Shown: one piece after another, positions 60,637 through 64,000 of the stretch
Position numbering within the stretch: position 1 is the stretch's first letter
Layout: each line of letters starts with the position of its first letter
Origin: Oikopleura dioica
Taxonomy: Eukaryota; Animalia; Chordata
Length of the DNA stretch: 64,000 nt
Direction of reading: 5' to 3'
Assembly: GCA_907165135.1 (NCBI GenBank)
Contig: OU015569.1
Span: 2,418,001 to 2,482,000 of the forward strand
The notes under the pieces: generated by a model
The model's input: the letters and a program-made list of their open reading frames with translations, nothing else
The model's database searches: none
What the model was told of the DNA's origin: nothing
Program-made: the position numbers and the translations under genes

Positions 60637-62286
60637 AAAACGTTTATCGCGTGACCAGTTCAAGAAATAAAAACCAAAAGGCTTCCTCCACGTTGCTGCT
60701 TACACGAGTGTCATTTTTAAAAACAGAAGCACTCGTAATTGGCAATTAGTTTATTTTATAAGCACAGTTAGTACGTGATTAAATGCTTCTGTTTAAAATA
60801 TATTCAACACACAATACATGTTTTTACCATATATTTCTGTAAATAAGTATACTGGAACATTGGTGCACGGCATTGTAATATTTTAGTTTTTCATTTTATG
60901 ACTGTCCCAAAAAATGTTTCCTTCTTATGTCGAGAAAGATCCAAAAGAGGGCGCAAAGAGTAGAAAATCAAACCAAGAGCACATCTCCTGCTGAGCGCTA
61001 TCGATATAAATCTTGGATTTGTAGTACAAAAGATTAAAATCTCTAACTAAAAAAAAACCTAGAAACTGACTATATCTTTTGTCTTTATTTCTAAAGTTAG
61101 AAAATTCTGTCAAAAGCTCGACTGAAGTAAGATATGGACAATCCTCAGATTTACGATCGGGAGATTACGATGCTCATATTTCGAAAAATAGCCGCGTTGT
61201 TCAAACTCGAGAGAAACGGTTTCGGTGGAGCAGAGATTTCACGCCGCTTCATAATTAGTATGCAAATGCGCCCAAACGATAATTAATACGCAAATGCTTT
61301 GTTCAGCTCGATGAATTTGTTGGAGTGTTGCTAATCAGTGCGGCGGTTCCATTTAGCGACAATTAGCAATGCACATAATTGCTTGGCGCCTGGCTCTCTT
61401 TTTTCGTAACTTGAAGGGCTAATTCTGGGGTGTGAGCTGAATACTAGATCGTAAACCGATTGCAGCTAATAAACTTGGCGATAAGCGTCTTTGTGAATAT
61501 CGAATCGGCGAGAGAAACTCGTCTGAATAATTTTCGCGGGGCCTTCGATTCTGGAGCCGAGATCTATCCTGCCTCTGGAATTCGGGAAGGCCAATTGCTG
61601 ATAGAAGGTGTACATGCTTTGGCTACCACCTGCTGCTGCCTGGGGCGACCGCAACCGTCAGCGGTGCCGACCGGTTTGCAGCGCGCCGCCGACGCTTTCC
61701 ACAAATTGAACCACAAACACCGATACCGACTATTTACTGGTACACCCTTCAACAAAGAAAACGGCCAAAATTGAGATTTACAAGAAGAACAGAAGCGCCA
61801 ACCGACTGGTCCAGTACCGCACACAGCCCAGGATGGGAGCGAGGTAACACATTACCGGACATGACACAATCAGCGCGCCGCCAACTGTCATCACTAATTT
61901 TCATTTAACCACCGCGCACGTCACAATTCAAAATCTCTAATATTCTCTTCTGACTTTCTTGAAATCTCTTCAATTGAACTTTTCATAGTCACGTTGACGG
62001 TCGCTTGTAATTTTCATTGATCACGTTGAAATTCATCAATTGAATTCGCATAGTACAATAAACCCGACCAAGTGCGGTAATTATTCGCGATTGCGGACGG
62101 AATTACGATTATTGCCAAGACAAATAAACTAAACTTTTTTCCTTACTTTCATCATTTTTTTTTCTCTGTGAAAAAGGGCCTTTTAAATCCGACGTGCTGG
62201 GATTGATGAGATGCTGGGAAAAGAAAAAGAATAAAAACGAATTCAGGAGTCGTCGAATTAAATCTTGGGTGCGGACAAAATGGGAA

Positions 62287-64000
62287 ATGGTGCTGATATT
62301 TTTGCTAATAGTCGTTGTGGTCCCCCAGATCCAGACGGTTTTCAAGCAACACCGCAAGCTACGGTTCAAAATGTCAATTTCTATATCCACTCGTTTTTCC
62401 CCAAGCAAGAGCCCAAACTTGAACCGTGAAAAAAGAGAAACAAGCATAAACACAACTCTCCCACTGTCGAACCTTTGGTCCAAAAAACAAAAGTCGTTGT
62501 CGTCGAACATGAGCGCGAAAAACAGCCTGATTACAGCCCAGATATAGTGAATGTAGTCGAGGAAGAAAAACACTGGGAAAAGGTCGATGAAAATATCAAG
62601 AAAGAAAAAGATGATGATCTTAGCTCCGGATTTCACACTGTAAAATTTTTCTTGCAACATTGACATTTGTGAATCCAATCAAAGCCAAATTCTGGTGCCA
62701 AGTTCAAATGTCCAAGAGGACTATCCGAGGCCAGAAGAACTGAGCGAAGAAGAGCACACAACGCAGCTTCCTCCGACTGAGAAACCTTTTATCCCAGAGG
62801 CCGCAGAAGCTGGAACGGAAAAACAAGAGGAGCACGCTGCTGAGAAGACAAACATCCTTCGTGGCAGCGCTGATGTCTGGACACCAGAGACGGTTAAAAG
62901 CGACGATGAACTGTTCGAAGCCGCCCTTGGAATGAACATGGGAGCACTGCCCAACCCCGATTTCGTCTATCACAACAAACTGCCTAAGTGCGGCTCGACA
63001 ACGATGCACGCAATCCTCGGCGTACTCAGTAGATGGAACAGCTTTCGATATTTGAAGCTAGAGCCCTCGTTGGTGAAATTCTTCGACGGCGAGAAAATGA
63101 GCAAGCTTATCAACACACTAGTGGAGAATAAAAAAGTCTCGAAGGAAAGCGGTGGTCCAGGGAATCTCCTATCTCTTTCGGGGTTATCTCGAAAATGCGA
63201 GAGTGTTGTAATGAAATTAGCATAGACCATCGAAAAGCCCTTTTTCATTTTCAAACATCATTACTACTTCAATGCGAGCATGTACGAGCTTGAGACGCCG
63301 ACCTGGATTAATGTCATTCGCGATCCGCTCAGGCGAGGTTTTGGACCAGCTTTACTATTGAGTTTTACTACTAGTAGCATCCAGTTAAAAAACCTTTCAA
63401 AAGCTGGTTCGAATCGAACTTTTACTTCAAACGCTTTGGCTGGGAAAGACAACCAGGAAGCCGGAGAAGAGAGGATCAAGATCTGACGATTGATAAATGC
63501 GTTGAAACGGGACATGAAGATTGCAAAAAAGTCAAGGTACTGCTTCTAGAAATCAGCGTTTCTCCTTGATTATTATTTGACCAAATATTCAACGTTCGTC
63601 TCAGTGGAAGTACAATCAATTCTTGTGCGGCAATGCCCCTGTATGTACAGGCCACTCGCCTGCTGAGAAACAGAAGGCGGCTGAAATCGCCAAGCACAAC
63701 ATCGCCAACAACTTTTTCCTCGTCGGCATTCTGGAGCAGTTTATTGACACCCTTCACGTCTTTGAGAAACTGATGCCGTCTTACTACAGCAGGTGAGGTG
63801 TTAACCTTTCTAATGTGGCCGAGTTAATACATAATCGTAAATCCGCCTTCAGAGCTGTCGAAGCTCTAAACTCACAAAGCGTGCAGCAGATTATCAATGC
63901 GACGAAAACGCAACACAAGACGCCCATGTCAGACGCGAGCAAAAACTACTTCAGGTGCAGTTTGTCTCGTTTCCATTGAAATTTCAGCTAAAAATAACGC
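62287..64000 (+). CDS. Heparan/uronyl 2-O-sulfotransferase-like protein (Sulfotransfer_2 type), 3'-truncated by window edge
   Basis: Type II TM start, long stem, HNKLPKCGSTT, WINVIRDPL, QFLCG and AKHNIANNFFLVGILEQF motifs. Confidence 0.88.

Noticed and set aside
61460-61900. GC-richer stretch open in several frames
   Set aside because: No recognisable product or clear splice model; strand undetermined.

Overview
Eukaryotic genomic DNA from a very compact, intron-rich animal genome. Many 40-60 nt introns, GC-AG and other non-canonical splice sites, tiny intergenic gaps and the gene content suggest a larvacean tunicate such as Oikopleura dioica; this is an inference, not a database match. Bases 1-~12.7 kb are compositionally distinct. 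They hold an intronless non-LTR-type reverse transcriptase ORF (running off the left edge), followed at once by an intronless ~730-aa orphan ORF. Facing these is an antisense cassette (11492->5141) of intron-rich orphan ORFs ending in a RING-finger gene. An AGGATGATG-loop-CATCATCCT hairpin recurs between 8.2 and 12.5 kb, and the segment ends at AATAAA plus an A-rich run near 12660. The best candidate for a new system is a giant LINE-like retroelement carrying antisense spliced cargo genes. The rest is host sequence: a coiled-coil gene, an inactive PLA2-like protein, a fatty-acid-hydroxylase/sterol-desaturase gene, tropomyosin, a multi-alpha-crystallin-domain protein, a somatomedin-B protein, a zinc-finger gene plus a decayed duplicate, three unrelated sulfotransferases, two RING paralogues, a Polo-like kinase and a >2000-aa Cys-rich TSP1 matrix protein. 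Non-autonomous DNA transposons are interspersed: a hairpin-rich MITE family, a 955-bp foldback element with an 8-bp TSD nested inside one MITE, and a 3.8-kb hAT-like element with an 8-bp TSD carrying ~58 tandem 56-bp units. Exon boundaries were assembled by eye and are approximate unless stated exactly.
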